Positions 39,601 to 49,247 are shown, counted from the first letter of the stretch. The stretch: 64,000 nucleotides of DNA from Syntrophobacterales bacterium (GCA_050124835.1 JASFEM010000002.1:794-64793); one strand, 5' to 3'. Notes: generated by a model not told the origin, from the letters alone. A program made the numbers and translations.

Positions 39601-39753
39601 AGGTTCTTGATCCCCATGGCCATCTCATTGGGATTCGGAATCATCTTCGCCACCCTCATTATCCTGGTGCTGGTTCCGAGCCTTTATCTGGTCACAGAAG
39701 ACATCAAAAAATTGTGGGGAGCGGGCCGGCTTTCGGATCAACCGGCTGCCTGA
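36631..39753 (+). CDS. RND efflux transporter permease (AcrB/CzcA family)
   Basis: 1040 aa with 12 TM helices and two large periplasmic loops. Confidence 0.9.
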   Translation: MKTAETEERLRGSIAWMAGHSVTANLLMVVLLVGGIIFSLKIKKEVFPDFELDRVNITVPYPGASPEEIEKGILLAIEESTVDLEGVKKVIASAEEGFARVTVEIHEGEDVQAIAQEIKNEVDRITSFPEEAEEPQVVIAKRKRFVVSLALYGNQTERVLRELAEVVRDSLLQDPEITQVELVGVRPLEISIEIPQDNLRTYNLTLGEVAQRIRQASVELPGGAIKSESGDILVRIKERRDYGREFAHVPIVTTREGTRVLLEDIAIIRDGFEETDNFATYNGKPAVLIEVYRVGDQTPTSVSEAVKRQLETINRQVLPKGVAIESRYDRSEIYQQRMDLLLRNGFLGLGLVFILLAIFLEARLAFWVSLGIPISFLGSMLILPAFGVSINLVSMFAFIVTLGIVVDDAIVVGENVYHHHQRGVPWFEAAVSGAREIAMPITFSVLTNMVAFMPILFVPGFMGKVFKQIPIVVISVFAISLIESLFILPAHIGHHKVRNRTGFFGWLHSCQQRFSHFFIRMVHTRYGPFLDLALRYRYVTLSIGFAVLFITAGYVKSGRMGFELFPKVESDYAKVTAVLPFGTAFQKTEKVQQRLVTAAQKVISQNGGDRLAEGIFALIDGNRTELRLYLTPPGERPISTAKLTELWRTEVGIIPGLESVKFESDAGGPGRGAALSVELSHRDVRVLEKASSDLAEALAFYPEVEDIDDGFSPGKQQLDFRITPEGRSLGLTSQEVARQVRHAYYGAEALRQQRGRNEIKVMARLPRAERISEYNLEEMILRTPVGSEIPLREAVIISRGRAYTTIDRRDGRRIVTAAADVRPRSKAGLILQSLKAEILPDLQRKYPGLTFSFEGRQADRRESTQSLIRGLMMALIVIYAMLAVPFNSYIQPIIIMIAIPFGIVGAVVGHLIMGYSLSVMSMFGVVALAGVVVNDSLVLIDFANRKQRAGLAKHQAIREAGIHRFRPILLTSLTTFGGLAPMIFETSRQARFLIPMAISLGFGIIFATLIILVLVPSLYLVTEDIKKLWGAGRLSDQPAA

Positions 39754-39892
39754 TGCTGTCTCGAGCTTTTTCCCCTGGCATCTTCTAAATAAAATATATT
39801 GTCTTGCGCCGCGTCTACGTGTCCCTGTGTCTCCGCGTCGCTTTGTTTAAACTATAGGCTTCGTTTTAGCTGGTGAGAAAGGTTGAAGTTCA

Positions 39893-40729
39893 ATGACTAC
39901 TCTCAGGCTCGGCTTCTCCCCTTGCCCAAACGACACGTTTATCTTCGGAGCACTCGCCACCGGCAGGCTAAATGTTCCCAATTGGACGCTGAAGGTAACC
40001 CTCGAAGATGTCGAAACGCTAAATAACCTCGCGAAGAAAGGCGGCCTCGAGCTGACAAAGATCTCGGTTCACGCTTTCGCACTGGTGACAGAGCAGTATG
40101 GCTTGCTGCGTTCCGGCGCCGCTCTGGGCAGAGGTTGCGGCCCATTGGTGGTGGCTCCAGAACCCAAGAATATGGACAGCCTGCGTGGCGAGGTAATTGC
40201 CATTCCAGGTGAACTGACCACCGCCAATCTGCTCCTTCAGCTCTATGGGGAAGGTTTTTCCCGAGTAATCCCTATGGGCTACGAAACGATCATGCCTCGC
40301 TTGCAGCGAAACGAATTTGCTGCCGGTGTAATCATTCATGAAGGTCGTTTCACCTATCAAGACTACGGATTGCACCTGGTGCTGGACCTTGGTGGTTGGT
40401 GGGAAGAGACCCAAAATCTTCCCCTTCCTCTCGGCGCAATTCTTATCCGCCGTGACCTCGGCCCAGATGTTGCCCAGATTATAGAAGATGCTATCCGTCG
40501 CAGCATGCTTTTTGCTCGCCGGCAGCCGGATGAGGTGTGGTCCTACGTCAAGATGCACGCCCAGGAGATGGACGATTCGGTAATTCGCCAACACATAGAC
40601 CTTTATGTCAATGACTATTCTTTAGACTTGGGCGAGGACGGCACTCGCGCCATTGTTAAGCTATTGGGTCTCGCCCACGAACATGAACTGGTGCCTCCCC
40701 TATCCGCACGTCTTTTTCTCGACGAGTAA
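39893..40729 (+). CDS. mqnD: 1,4-dihydroxy-6-naphthoate synthase family (MqnD/MqnA, PF02621-type)
   Basis: N-terminus LRLGFSPCPNDTFIFGAL is characteristic of MqnD. Confidence 0.7.
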   Translation: MTTLRLGFSPCPNDTFIFGALATGRLNVPNWTLKVTLEDVETLNNLAKKGGLELTKISVHAFALVTEQYGLLRSGAALGRGCGPLVVAPEPKNMDSLRGEVIAIPGELTTANLLLQLYGEGFSRVIPMGYETIMPRLQRNEFAAGVIIHEGRFTYQDYGLHLVLDLGGWWEETQNLPLPLGAILIRRDLGPDVAQIIEDAIRRSMLFARRQPDEVWSYVKMHAQEMDDSVIRQHIDLYVNDYSLDLGEDGTRAIVKLLGLAHEHELVPPLSARLFLDE

Positions 40730-40740
40730 CCGGAGCCATT

Positions 40741-40780
40741 TATTGTTTCACATTTGCCATTTCTCATTTATCATTGTCCA
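40741..40780. repeat. Heptamer-family repeat (CATTTnn units)
   Basis: ttgtttc acatttg ccatttc tcattta tcattgt. Confidence 0.5.
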
Positions 40781-41964
40781 ATGGTGAGGCTGGCATAAAA
40801 GGAAAAACCATGGGAAAACAGATTGCCGATTTGACCGTCACTTATTTACCTTTTACGTTTTTGGAGGAACAGGATCTAAAGCAGCTGGTTCTCTACTTTC
40901 ACAATATTCGTCTACTCCAAGTGCTTCCCGATTTCGATCCGGGGCTACCACATATACTGCGGGCCTCCTCACTGGTTCAATCGTTTTGCCCTATATCCAC
41001 TTCCCTTCTTGAAACCGTAAAGAGAGCGCACCAAGCCTATCATCAATTGGGCAGCGTTCACCAAGACGGGGGGTTGGTTCAATTACTTCGATCCTACGCT
41101 CTCCAAGAGGATTTCGAGGACTCCCGGACGGGTCTGGTTGCTCACATAAGGAAGGGATCCCCGAGCCTTGCCCGTGAGGAAGTTGAGTTGGTGAACGATG
41201 CACTCTTCCTGCTCTTCGCCCATGAATTAGATCGTGAGCATTCAGAGCTGGACTCTCAGATAGACCGTATTCGTGGACTGGAAACCAAGCTTCATGAAGA
41301 GGTGGGAATAGGCAGCGAAGAAGAAAGGGAAACCTTGGCCATGGAATTGCCCGCATTGGCCGAATCTGACCACCCGAGAACCCGGTATCCTTTTCAGCGT
41401 CTCAGGGCCTGGACCCGCCTGTACCGTAGCCACCAAGACCCTGGTCCCTTCCTGCCTCTCACCACCAGCGAAGAAGTCTTGGAGGAGATATCTGAACGAC
41501 TGCCTTCACAGCTGGCTGATCTCACCGACCGACCTCAGGCGACCCCACTGGAGCAGCGGAATTTATCTGTTGTGCCTGATCCCCGAACGCTTTCTTTGGA
41601 AGAAATTTTGGAATTAAGAGAAACCCTGAGCCATGAAGGTATCCTAGATAACTGGTGGGAGGCAGTTGGAGCTGCTGTTAACCAGGTACTGCAGGAAACA
41701 CTCTCACACGAGCAGTGGATCGATCTTCAGCATGGCCTCCAGAAAATTGCCGCTGTGTTTCAACAACACTGGCCGATCTCAAAAAAACCCGCCCATTACC
41801 TCCGGCTGGAGATCATGCGCTACCCCTCTGTGCCGCCAGACCTTGCCTTTTGCCTCGCAACTGGTTTGCAACCCCATGAACCCGGACCGCATATTACCGA
41901 GGGAGTAAATGGTATCACCTTGCTACTCTCCCCATCAGCACCTCCGCCAGATGACATACGGTGA
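40774..41964 (+). CDS. Hypothetical protein, acidic, no recognisable motif
   Basis: 396-aa ORF with coding-like composition. The start may be the ATG at 40810 (MGKQ). Confidence 0.5.
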   Translation: MSNGEAGIKGKTMGKQIADLTVTYLPFTFLEEQDLKQLVLYFHNIRLLQVLPDFDPGLPHILRASSLVQSFCPISTSLLETVKRAHQAYHQLGSVHQDGGLVQLLRSYALQEDFEDSRTGLVAHIRKGSPSLAREEVELVNDALFLLFAHELDREHSELDSQIDRIRGLETKLHEEVGIGSEEERETLAMELPALAESDHPRTRYPFQRLRAWTRLYRSHQDPGPFLPLTTSEEVLEEISERLPSQLADLTDRPQATPLEQRNLSVVPDPRTLSLEEILELRETLSHEGILDNWWEAVGAAVNQVLQETLSHEQWIDLQHGLQKIAAVFQQHWPISKKPAHYLRLEIMRYPSVPPDLAFCLATGLQPHEPGPHITEGVNGITLLLSPSAPPPDDIR

Positions 41965-43213
41965 GTCCCAGGCCATGACGCCAGTTGCCCTCCTGGAGTT
42001 GTAAGAGACAGCCCATGCAACCAGTGGCTAAAACCTCCGGTCCGACTTTTTCCACCTGTGCCATCCTCCTGGCATTTATCTGGTTAGACAACCGATAGTT
42101 GCTTACATTGAAGAGCCCGCCGTGACCGCAACACTGTTGGGTATCCGACAGCTCTGCCACATGAATCTCGCTTAGCAGGGACAGCAATTGGCGGGGTTCC
42201 CGAAAGATTCCTTGGTGGTAGCGCAAGTGGCAAGGGTCGTGGTAACTGAGTTTTAACGAACCCGGTGATTTCACCATCTGACCAAGCTTTTCAGGTCCCA
42301 GCTGTCGGGTAAGAAAGGCCATCAAGTCCATCGATTTTTGGGAAAGGAACCGGGCCTCATTGGGAGCCGTTTGTTCCAGCAGTTCGGGCATACGGACACT
42401 TAGCTGAGTGGTACAGGTACCGCAAGCGCTCACAATCCACTGACAGCCGGATTTCAGAAATACTTCGCTATTATGCTGGGCCAGAACCGAGGCTGTGGCC
42501 ACATCTCCCGAAGCCCAGGCCGCCATACCGCAACATCGCTGCTCGGCAGGAATGACCACCTGAAAGCCGCCACGGCGAAGCAACTCTACGGTGGCTTCGC
42601 TAACCTCGGTTGCAATGTAGTTGCCTACACACCCTACAAAAAGTCCTACCCGAGGACCTGAGCCAAGTCTGTTCACTGGCAATTGTGCCAGGAAGGGTGA
42701 AGCACTCAATTTGGGCACATAGCGCCGCTGGCTCAACACCGCTAAAGAAAACCGCAGTTGCAACCCGCTTTCAGCAGGAATCTTCTTGCAGAAAAGGGCC
42801 TGGGCTAAAGAGCCTGCCTGACTCACCAGCATAGGCCATTTGCCGACAGCTTCAAGGGTGCTGGCCGCCAGGCTGGCAGTCCAGCCTGCCTTCCCATCTC
42901 GTCTCAGCCTGCTGCGCTGCCACTGTATGATCTTGTCTACCCTGACGGAGTTGGCGCATTGGTGGACACAACCGCTACAAAGCAGACAGGCTTCCATTAG
43001 CTCTTGGAACTTACGTGACTGGTGGAGCTCTCCGCGCTGATTAGCCTCAATCAAGCTGAGTTTTCCACGAGCCACCATACCCTCTTCACCTGTCTCCCGG
43101 TAAACCGGACACACAGCCATACAGCTGCCGCAGCGGCTGCACCGTTCCAGTTCTTGGCTGATTTCGAATTGTTTGAGCATAACGGCAAGCTCGGTTGTGA
43201 GACGAACGGTCAA
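41915..43213 (-). CDS. Fe-S oxidoreductase subunit (GlcF/GlpC-like; two 4Fe-4S motifs + two CCG domains)
   Basis: CSRCGSCMAVCP and CLLCSGCVHQC motifs, then CCG-type cysteine clusters. Confidence 0.8.
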   Translation of the reverse strand: MTVRLTTELAVMLKQFEISQELERCSRCGSCMAVCPVYRETGEEGMVARGKLSLIEANQRGELHQSRKFQELMEACLLCSGCVHQCANSVRVDKIIQWQRSRLRRDGKAGWTASLAASTLEAVGKWPMLVSQAGSLAQALFCKKIPAESGLQLRFSLAVLSQRRYVPKLSASPFLAQLPVNRLGSGPRVGLFVGCVGNYIATEVSEATVELLRRGGFQVVIPAEQRCCGMAAWASGDVATASVLAQHNSEVFLKSGCQWIVSACGTCTTQLSVRMPELLEQTAPNEARFLSQKSMDLMAFLTRQLGPEKLGQMVKSPGSLKLSYHDPCHLRYHQGIFREPRQLLSLLSEIHVAELSDTQQCCGHGGLFNVSNYRLSNQINARRMAQVEKVGPEVLATGCMGCLLQLQEGNWRHGLGLTVCHLAEVLMGRVAR

Positions 43214-44595
43214 TCAGAATCTAGAAATATTTTGCCTGGATTGAGAATACCCCGTGGATCGAAAGCTTTTTTGATTCGACGCATCGCCTCCAAACCCAGC
43301 TTGTCGATCTCCATACCCAAGTAGGGTATCTTGGTGATACCAATACCGTGCTCTCCGGATAGGGTTCCTCCCAGAGCTAAGGTCGCCTGAAAAATCTCGT
43401 TGACCGCCTGTTCTGTCCGGGCTACCTCATCTGCATCATTCCTGTTGAGCATAATGTTCACATGGACATTACCGTCACCTGCATGGCCAAAGCAAAGAAT
43501 GATGAGTCGGAATCGCTCACCAATTTCCTCCAGCTTGGCGACTATATCCGGAATGCGACTTCGGGGCACGGCGATATCTTCGCTCACCTTGTGCGGATTA
43601 AGCTTGAAGAGTGCAGGAGATACGGCACGGCGTGCCTGCCACAGTGTCTCTGCCTCCTCCTCATTGGCCGCCACATCCACTTGCCTAGCCCCTTGCCCCA
43701 AACAGAGAGTACGGATTTCCTCTGCGTGGCGGACTACCCCCTCACGAACCCCATCTACCTCGATAAGGAGAAGTGCCCCTGCATCTCTAGGAAGCCCAAT
43801 TTGCAGGTATTCTTCCACACATTGGATGGACCGCTGATCCATAAATTCCAGAGCACTGGGGAGAAGACCCGCTTTAATGATCTTTGTTACCGTCTCAACG
43901 GCCTCACTCAGTCGGTTAAAAACTGCCATCAACGTCCTGCGGCTCTCAGGTTGGGGAAGTAGCTTGAGCACCACCTTGGTAATGATGGCAAGGGTCCCTT
44001 CCGAGCCCACAAGTAATTTGGTAAGATCGTAGCCCACAACCCCCTTAGCGGTCTGGACCCCCGTCTTAACCAACTCACCTGAAGCCAGTACAGCTTCTAA
44101 GCCGATGACATAATCCTTGGTGACCCCGTATTTCAGAGCTCGAGCCCCACCCGCACATTCAGCCACATTTCCACCAATGGTGCAAAAGGCCAAGCTGGCC
44201 GGATCCGGTGGATAGAACAATCCCTGCTCTGCCAGCTTATCCTGTAGGTGTCCTGTCACCACTCCTGGTTCAACCACCGCAACCATATTCTCCGGATCTA
44301 TGGACAGAATCCGATTCATTCGAGATAGTCCCAGGACAACACCCCCCCGAACCGGAAGGGAACCACCGCTCATACCACTTCCCGCCCCCCGGGGAATGAG
44401 GTAAAAGGGGATTTCATTGGCCAACCGCACAATCCCAACAATTTCCTGAACATCAGCCGGAAAAACTACAGCCTCAGGGTTGTAGCGAAGATCTGTGGCA
44501 TCATACCCATAACAGATAAGATCTTCAGGGTCGGTTCGACAGTGACGCCGTCCGACGATTTTCGAAAGCTCGCGGATCGTCTCTCTGCTGAGCAT
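43210..44595 (-). CDS. FAD-linked oxidase (GlcD / D-lactate dehydrogenase family)
   Basis: FAD-binding PCMH domain (PRGAGSGMSGG) and C-terminal FAD-oxidase domain. Stop/start overlap with the Fe-S subunit. Confidence 0.85.
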   Translation of the reverse strand: MLSRETIRELSKIVGRRHCRTDPEDLICYGYDATDLRYNPEAVVFPADVQEIVGIVRLANEIPFYLIPRGAGSGMSGGSLPVRGGVVLGLSRMNRILSIDPENMVAVVEPGVVTGHLQDKLAEQGLFYPPDPASLAFCTIGGNVAECAGGARALKYGVTKDYVIGLEAVLASGELVKTGVQTAKGVVGYDLTKLLVGSEGTLAIITKVVLKLLPQPESRRTLMAVFNRLSEAVETVTKIIKAGLLPSALEFMDQRSIQCVEEYLQIGLPRDAGALLLIEVDGVREGVVRHAEEIRTLCLGQGARQVDVAANEEEAETLWQARRAVSPALFKLNPHKVSEDIAVPRSRIPDIVAKLEEIGERFRLIILCFGHAGDGNVHVNIMLNRNDADEVARTEQAVNEIFQATLALGGTLSGEHGIGITKIPYLGMEIDKLGLEAMRRIKKAFDPRGILNPGKIFLDSD

Positions 44596-44599
44596 AGAA

Positions 44600-44727
44600 A
44601 TCCCTAACCTTGCCCCTAGTGCTAGTGCCTAGTCCTTGGTCCCTAGTGCTTAGTCCCTAGTCCTTAGTCCCTAGTCCTTAGTCCCTAGTGCTTAGTCCCT
44701 AGTGCTTAGTCCCTAGTGCCTAGTGCT
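44600..44727. repeat. Heptamer tandem repeat array (TAGTCCC / TAGTGCT units, ~17 units)
   Basis: cctagtgc tagtgcc tagtcct tggtccc tagtgct tagtccc tagtcct tagtccc ... Confidence 0.9.
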
Positions 44728-44889
44728 TTTCGACCTGCGCCTATTCTAGCCAGGGGGGAGCGGAAAAACAACCAGAGGCAGCAAAACCATCTGCAAGCTT
44801 GCCCGGACAACACTTTAAGACAAACAAACTCGGTGAGGCGGTGATTTCTCAGCTCTCCGGAGTGCGCAAGCCGCCAATGATGGCAGGTG

Positions 44890-46260
44890 CTATAGTTTGT
44901 GAGGATCGAGAACGGAAGTGATGGATGAGGGATTCTCCATTTGGTGACCCAGAAACTCCACCTGATTTCGGACACCACTCTTTTCTTGAATTTGTCGGGT
45001 GATGTTATCTACAGCGTGAATTACGGTAGCGTGGGAGCGATTGAACGCTTGACCGATTGACTCTAGAGTCTCATCGGTATATTTACGGCAGAAATACATG
45101 CCGAGATTACGCGGGTAGACCACCCCTTTCTTGCGCGAATTAGACTTTAGGGCTTCAACAGACACTTTGAAATACTGGCAGATAATCTGTTGAACCCGTT
45201 CTATACTGATAGCCTCGCGGCTGTCACAGACCGACTCCAGAACCTCGTGCGCCAATCTGAGATCTATGGGTTTGTCGAGGAGCGACGACTTGGCGACGAT
45301 ACCTATTATGGAGCTTTCCAACTGCCGTACATCCCTGGTTATGTGAGTAGCCAAAAGTTCTGCCACCTCCGCCGGCAGTTGGACTCCCTCGTTGGCCGCT
45401 TTTTTCTCCAGAATTTTGAGCCTGGTCTGGAAATCGGGCGGTTCAATGTGGGTAACCATCCCAGCGGTTAACCGTGATTGCAATTTGCTTTCTAGCTTGG
45501 GAATGTCTCTAGGAAAGTGGGTTCCGGTAAATATGACTCGCTTACCGTACCGACCTAAGGCGTCAAGGGTGTAGGACAACTCCGACTGTGTCTTCTCCTT
45601 GCCGCTGAGAAATTGTACCTCCTCCAAAAGAAGTACATCGCACTTGCTGCGGTACTTATCTTTGAATCCATCCATGCGCCGCTGTTTGATGGCAACAACC
45701 ATCTCGTTGGTAAACTCCTCAGCTGTCAGGTAGTGAACCCGGGTGCTGTGATTCAGGTTGAGGATGTGATTACCGATGGCATGAGAAAGGTGACTTTTCC
45801 CGAGACCAGTATCAGCCAACAAATATAGGGAGCTGCACGGGCTGTGGTCACCGTTGGCAATGGCAAAGGCTGCAGAGAAAGCAAAACTATTGCCCGTGCC
45901 GACAACGAATTGGTCGAAGGTGAACCGCCGATTGAGACGGTACAGATGTCCATTGTCATCCACAGGCAAAGGAAGCTCTAATTGGCTGGAATTTTTCGGC
46001 TCTTTTTTAGACCTTCGAGGCGGGGTCGCCAAACGGAGCTGGAGGTCCCGAGGGGTACCACCATGCCGTTCCCAACTTTTCCTTATATCAGCTAGATAGT
46101 TCTCCCGAACCCAGTTGAGAAAGAATCGGTTCGGGCATGCCAGGGAAATCTCACCCTCCTTCGAGGTTACCAGCTCCAGAGGTTCGATCCACATCTTAAA
46201 ACAATTGTTGGAGACCTTACTTTGCAGATCTTCCTTAGTATGTTTCCAGATTTCCTCCAT
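44890..46260 (-). CDS. dnaA: Chromosomal replication initiator protein DnaA
   Basis: AAA+ Walker A GLGKSHL, sensor motifs, and C-terminal DNA-binding domain VYPRNLGMYFCRKYTDETLESIGQAFNRSHATVIHA. Confidence 0.95.
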   Translation of the reverse strand: MEEIWKHTKEDLQSKVSNNCFKMWIEPLELVTSKEGEISLACPNRFFLNWVRENYLADIRKSWERHGGTPRDLQLRLATPPRRSKKEPKNSSQLELPLPVDDNGHLYRLNRRFTFDQFVVGTGNSFAFSAAFAIANGDHSPCSSLYLLADTGLGKSHLSHAIGNHILNLNHSTRVHYLTAEEFTNEMVVAIKQRRMDGFKDKYRSKCDVLLLEEVQFLSGKEKTQSELSYTLDALGRYGKRVIFTGTHFPRDIPKLESKLQSRLTAGMVTHIEPPDFQTRLKILEKKAANEGVQLPAEVAELLATHITRDVRQLESSIIGIVAKSSLLDKPIDLRLAHEVLESVCDSREAISIERVQQIICQYFKVSVEALKSNSRKKGVVYPRNLGMYFCRKYTDETLESIGQAFNRSHATVIHAVDNITRQIQEKSGVRNQVEFLGHQMENPSSITSVLDPHKL

Positions 46261-47084
46261 GAAAATCCTCTAAGACGGGCTATTGCGGCGGATCCGTATT
46301 TGGCTTAAGTCACATGTTGCATAGAAGCTTGGCTGATAGTCAAGAGGAATAATAACAGATGCGAAAATAGTAACCCATGCGCGCTTAAACCGCAATTTGT
46401 TTCTGGTCGGTTATACCTCTGTTTGCCGTATTAGATCCCGCCCGGATGGTTTCTCTTGGAGCGGGATACCAGAGAAATGCTCAGGCTTACTTGCAGTTAA
46501 ATCTCTGGAGCTATGTAAATATCAGTCTTGGTTGATTGCCGACAGACGGTCACATCATTTCCGCGCTATCCTGGCCAAGGCAATGGAGACGCAACACCAC
46601 ATGAAGCCGTTTTGTAATTCATCCGGATTCTGATGTCAAACTCCGTATTACAGTATTTTAGCGTAATAGGGCCTGAGTTGTTAACAACGAAATTTCACCC
46701 AGATTTCCAAACCTTGTCAAAATATACATTGATAAGGGTGCGACAACAGGCATTTTTTAACATTATCTCAATATACAACTGAAATTCAAGGGCTTACGTT
46801 GGCACTTTTTTAGCCTTTCCCGTTATCAACATTCAAGATCTTCTCATTCCTCCCATTTCCTCCTTTTTTTCGATTTGGCACTTTTTTATCACATGGGTTG
46901 AACTTGGTCGTTGAATTCAAAATCAGATTTTGCCAATATACTTAAGACATTTCATTCCACCATCCTCATTGACGAAATATTAACAGCATTGGCGGTCAGC
47001 CTAAAGACTGCCTGTCTTATCAAGGCATTATTGCATGAACCATCCTCTGACGCCAGGCCGCCTTGCAAGAACAGGAGAGCAACC
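46261..47084. other. Putative oriC: AT-rich non-coding region upstream of dnaA with DnaA-box-like 9-mers and direct repeats
   Basis: Candidate boxes: ttgataagg (46729), ttatctcaa (46763), ttatcaaca (46823), ttatcacat (46886), ttatcaagg (47014). A 14-bp direct repeat TTGGCACTTTTTTA occurs at 46799 and 46875. Confidence 0.6.
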
Positions 47085-48017
47085 ATGGATAAACTGACTG
47101 TGGCACTGCTCAGTGGCGGGCGCTCCGCCGAGCGCGAAGTGTCGCTAAAAAGCGGCGAGCAGGTCTACAAAGCCTTGGACAAGGAGAAGTACAGGATACT
47201 CCGCTACGACCCCAGAGACGATCTGGCTCGGCTAATGGAAGACGGGCCAAATATTGATGTAGCTTTAATCATACTCCACGGCCGCTACGGAGAAGACGGG
47301 ACCATCCAAGGGCTTCTTGAGTTGTTGGATATCCCCTTCCACGGTAGCGGTGTCCTGGGCAGTGCAGTAGGCATAAACAAAATCCTATCCAAACGGCTCT
47401 ACGAGCACGCCGGTCTGCCGGTATCGCCCTACCTGGTGTTGGATCGCACTGACCCCGAAGCCCAAGTCAAAATTCAGGATGGACTAGGCCTTCCGGTAGT
47501 GGTCAAGCCTGAGCACGAAGGTTCAAGCATTGGCCTCAGTATTGTTCGGGATACCAGCGAGCTTCGGCCAGCTTTGGAACTGGCCGGCCAGTACGACCGG
47601 CTTGTTCTTGTAGAGAAATTCATCGCTGGCATCGAGATCACTGGAGCTGTGCTCGGCAACCTGAATCCTGAGCCTCTTCCCCTGGTGGAGATTATTCCTG
47701 GTGACCAATATGGTTTCTTCAACTATGAGGCCAAGTACAAGCCAGGAGCCACAGAGGAAATCTGTCCGGCACGAATCAGCGCATCCCTGACCCGGAAGGC
47801 CCAGGAGTATGCGGTGCGAGCACATCAGGCTTTGAAATGCCGAGGCTACAGCCGTACAGATATGATAGTCAGCGATAATGAGGTATATATTTTAGAGACT
47901 AATACCATACCAGGGATGACCGCAACGAGTCTATACCCCCAAGCTGCGGCAGCTGCCGGAATAAGTTTCTCCGAGCTACTTGATCGACTAATAGAGCTCG
48001 CTTTGGAGAAAGATTAA
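47085..48017 (+). CDS. ddl: D-alanine--D-alanine ligase
   Basis: MDKLTVALLSGGRSAEREVSLKSG... and an ATP-grasp domain. Start ATG 47085 has an AGGAGAG RBS; the ORF-track start at 46911 is an upstream over-extension. Confidence 0.9.
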   Translation: MDKLTVALLSGGRSAEREVSLKSGEQVYKALDKEKYRILRYDPRDDLARLMEDGPNIDVALIILHGRYGEDGTIQGLLELLDIPFHGSGVLGSAVGINKILSKRLYEHAGLPVSPYLVLDRTDPEAQVKIQDGLGLPVVVKPEHEGSSIGLSIVRDTSELRPALELAGQYDRLVLVEKFIAGIEITGAVLGNLNPEPLPLVEIIPGDQYGFFNYEAKYKPGATEEICPARISASLTRKAQEYAVRAHQALKCRGYSRTDMIVSDNEVYILETNTIPGMTATSLYPQAAAAAGISFSELLDRLIELALEKD

Positions 48018-48187
48018 CCAAAGGAATACGGAAGCAAAATCTAAACTCCGATATGGAATGTGGGATAGATCATTAAGCAAACAGATCAAGCAGACCTCTC
48101 ACATCCCACATCTCATATCACACATCTCAAATCCATCGGCCACCCACTTAGAGTGGGTGTAGCTCTCAGACACCCAAACTCATCCAT

Positions 48188-49198
48188 CTAGCATATTCTC
48201 GGTAACTGCTCCCCACTAAGCATATCCACGATCCGGCTACCCCCGATTTCCGTTTTGAGAATTACCCTGCCAGGATGTTCAGAGACTACCTCACCTATGA
48301 TACAGCTCTCCCGGCCGAGGGGATGTTGACGCATTGCATCCAGAACTAACTCAGCCGCCTCTGGTGCCACCAAAGCAAGTAACTTTCCCTCGTTGGCTAC
48401 GTACAAAGGATCCAAGCCCAGCAGTTCGCAAGCAGCGCTCACCCCTGGCCGTGTAGGCAGACTGACCTCATGTAACTGAATACCTATCCCTGACTGAAGT
48501 GCAACCTCGTTAAGCGCAGTGGCTACCCCGCCGCGGGTCGGATCTCGCAGCACATGGATCTTTTGGCTCGCCTTCAGCATCTCACTCACGAGGCCGTTCA
48601 GTGGAGCCGAATCACTTCTTATTTCCGTCTGGAAAGAAAGCCCTTCGCGTTTGGAAAGTACCGCTACGCCGTGGTCTCCCATGGGACCGTTTATCAATAC
48701 GATATCGCCAGCTCTGCCGTTTTGACCGGCAATCTTCACGCCTGGCGGTATGGCCCCCACACCGGCCGTATTGATGAAGATTCGATCCGCCTTTCCTCTC
48801 TCCACCACTTTCGTGTCCGCAGCCACGACCTGAACCCCTGCATCCCAGGCTGCCGAGGCCATCGACTTCACCAGTCGCTCCAGATCAGCCAATTCAAGTC
48901 CTTCCTCTAAAATAAAGCCAACGCTGAGGTAGAGGGGCTGAGCTCCGCGCATGGCCAGATCATTGACAGTACCGTGTACTGCAAGACTGCCAATATCTCC
49001 ACCCGGGAAAAAAATGGGATCGACCACGTAGGAGTCCGTGCTCATGGCCAGGCTCATACCCTGGATCTCCAAAAAGGCGCTGTCATTTAATTCTGAAAGA
49101 ATGGGATTTTCCAAGGCGGGCATAAAAGTCCGGGCTACGAGTTCCTGCGAAGCCCTGCCACCTGCACCGTGGTCCATCTGAATTCTGTCAGTCTTCAT
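48188..49198 (-). CDS. hypE: [NiFe]-hydrogenase maturation factor HypE
   Basis: AIR-synthase-related fold, DHGAGG N-terminal motif, C-terminal PRIC. Confidence 0.9.
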   Translation of the reverse strand: MKTDRIQMDHGAGGRASQELVARTFMPALENPILSELNDSAFLEIQGMSLAMSTDSYVVDPIFFPGGDIGSLAVHGTVNDLAMRGAQPLYLSVGFILEEGLELADLERLVKSMASAAWDAGVQVVAADTKVVERGKADRIFINTAGVGAIPPGVKIAGQNGRAGDIVLINGPMGDHGVAVLSKREGLSFQTEIRSDSAPLNGLVSEMLKASQKIHVLRDPTRGGVATALNEVALQSGIGIQLHEVSLPTRPGVSAACELLGLDPLYVANEGKLLALVAPEAAELVLDAMRQHPLGRESCIIGEVVSEHPGRVILKTEIGGSRIVDMLSGEQLPRIC

Positions 49199-49247
49199 GG
49201 GGTCTTTCCTCAGGGTAAAGGTAGTGAGTCAGAGTCAGCAACCACTT

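Noticed and set aside
40019-40594. 191-aa minus-strand ORF antisense to the mqnD-family gene
   Set aside because: Shadow ORF; the plus-strand product has the family-defining N-terminal motif.
44600-44727. Possible CRISPR array
   Set aside because: The units are 7 bp with no unique spacers of ~30 bp and no cas genes. These are microsatellite-like heptamer repeats, not CRISPR.
46799-46815. Sigma-54 promoter reading of TGGCACTTTTTTAGC (GG/GC spacing fits -24/-12)
   Set aside because: The -12 element is TAGC rather than TTGC. The second copy of the repeat lacks the GC entirely. The nearest downstream gene start is ~270 bp away. It is more parsimonious to treat these as origin-region direct repeats.
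46911-47084. N-terminal extension of the ddl ORF into the putative origin region
   Set aside because: The family-typical N-terminus MDKLTVALLSGG begins at 47085 and is preceded by a good RBS. The upstream part is AT-rich non-coding DNA.
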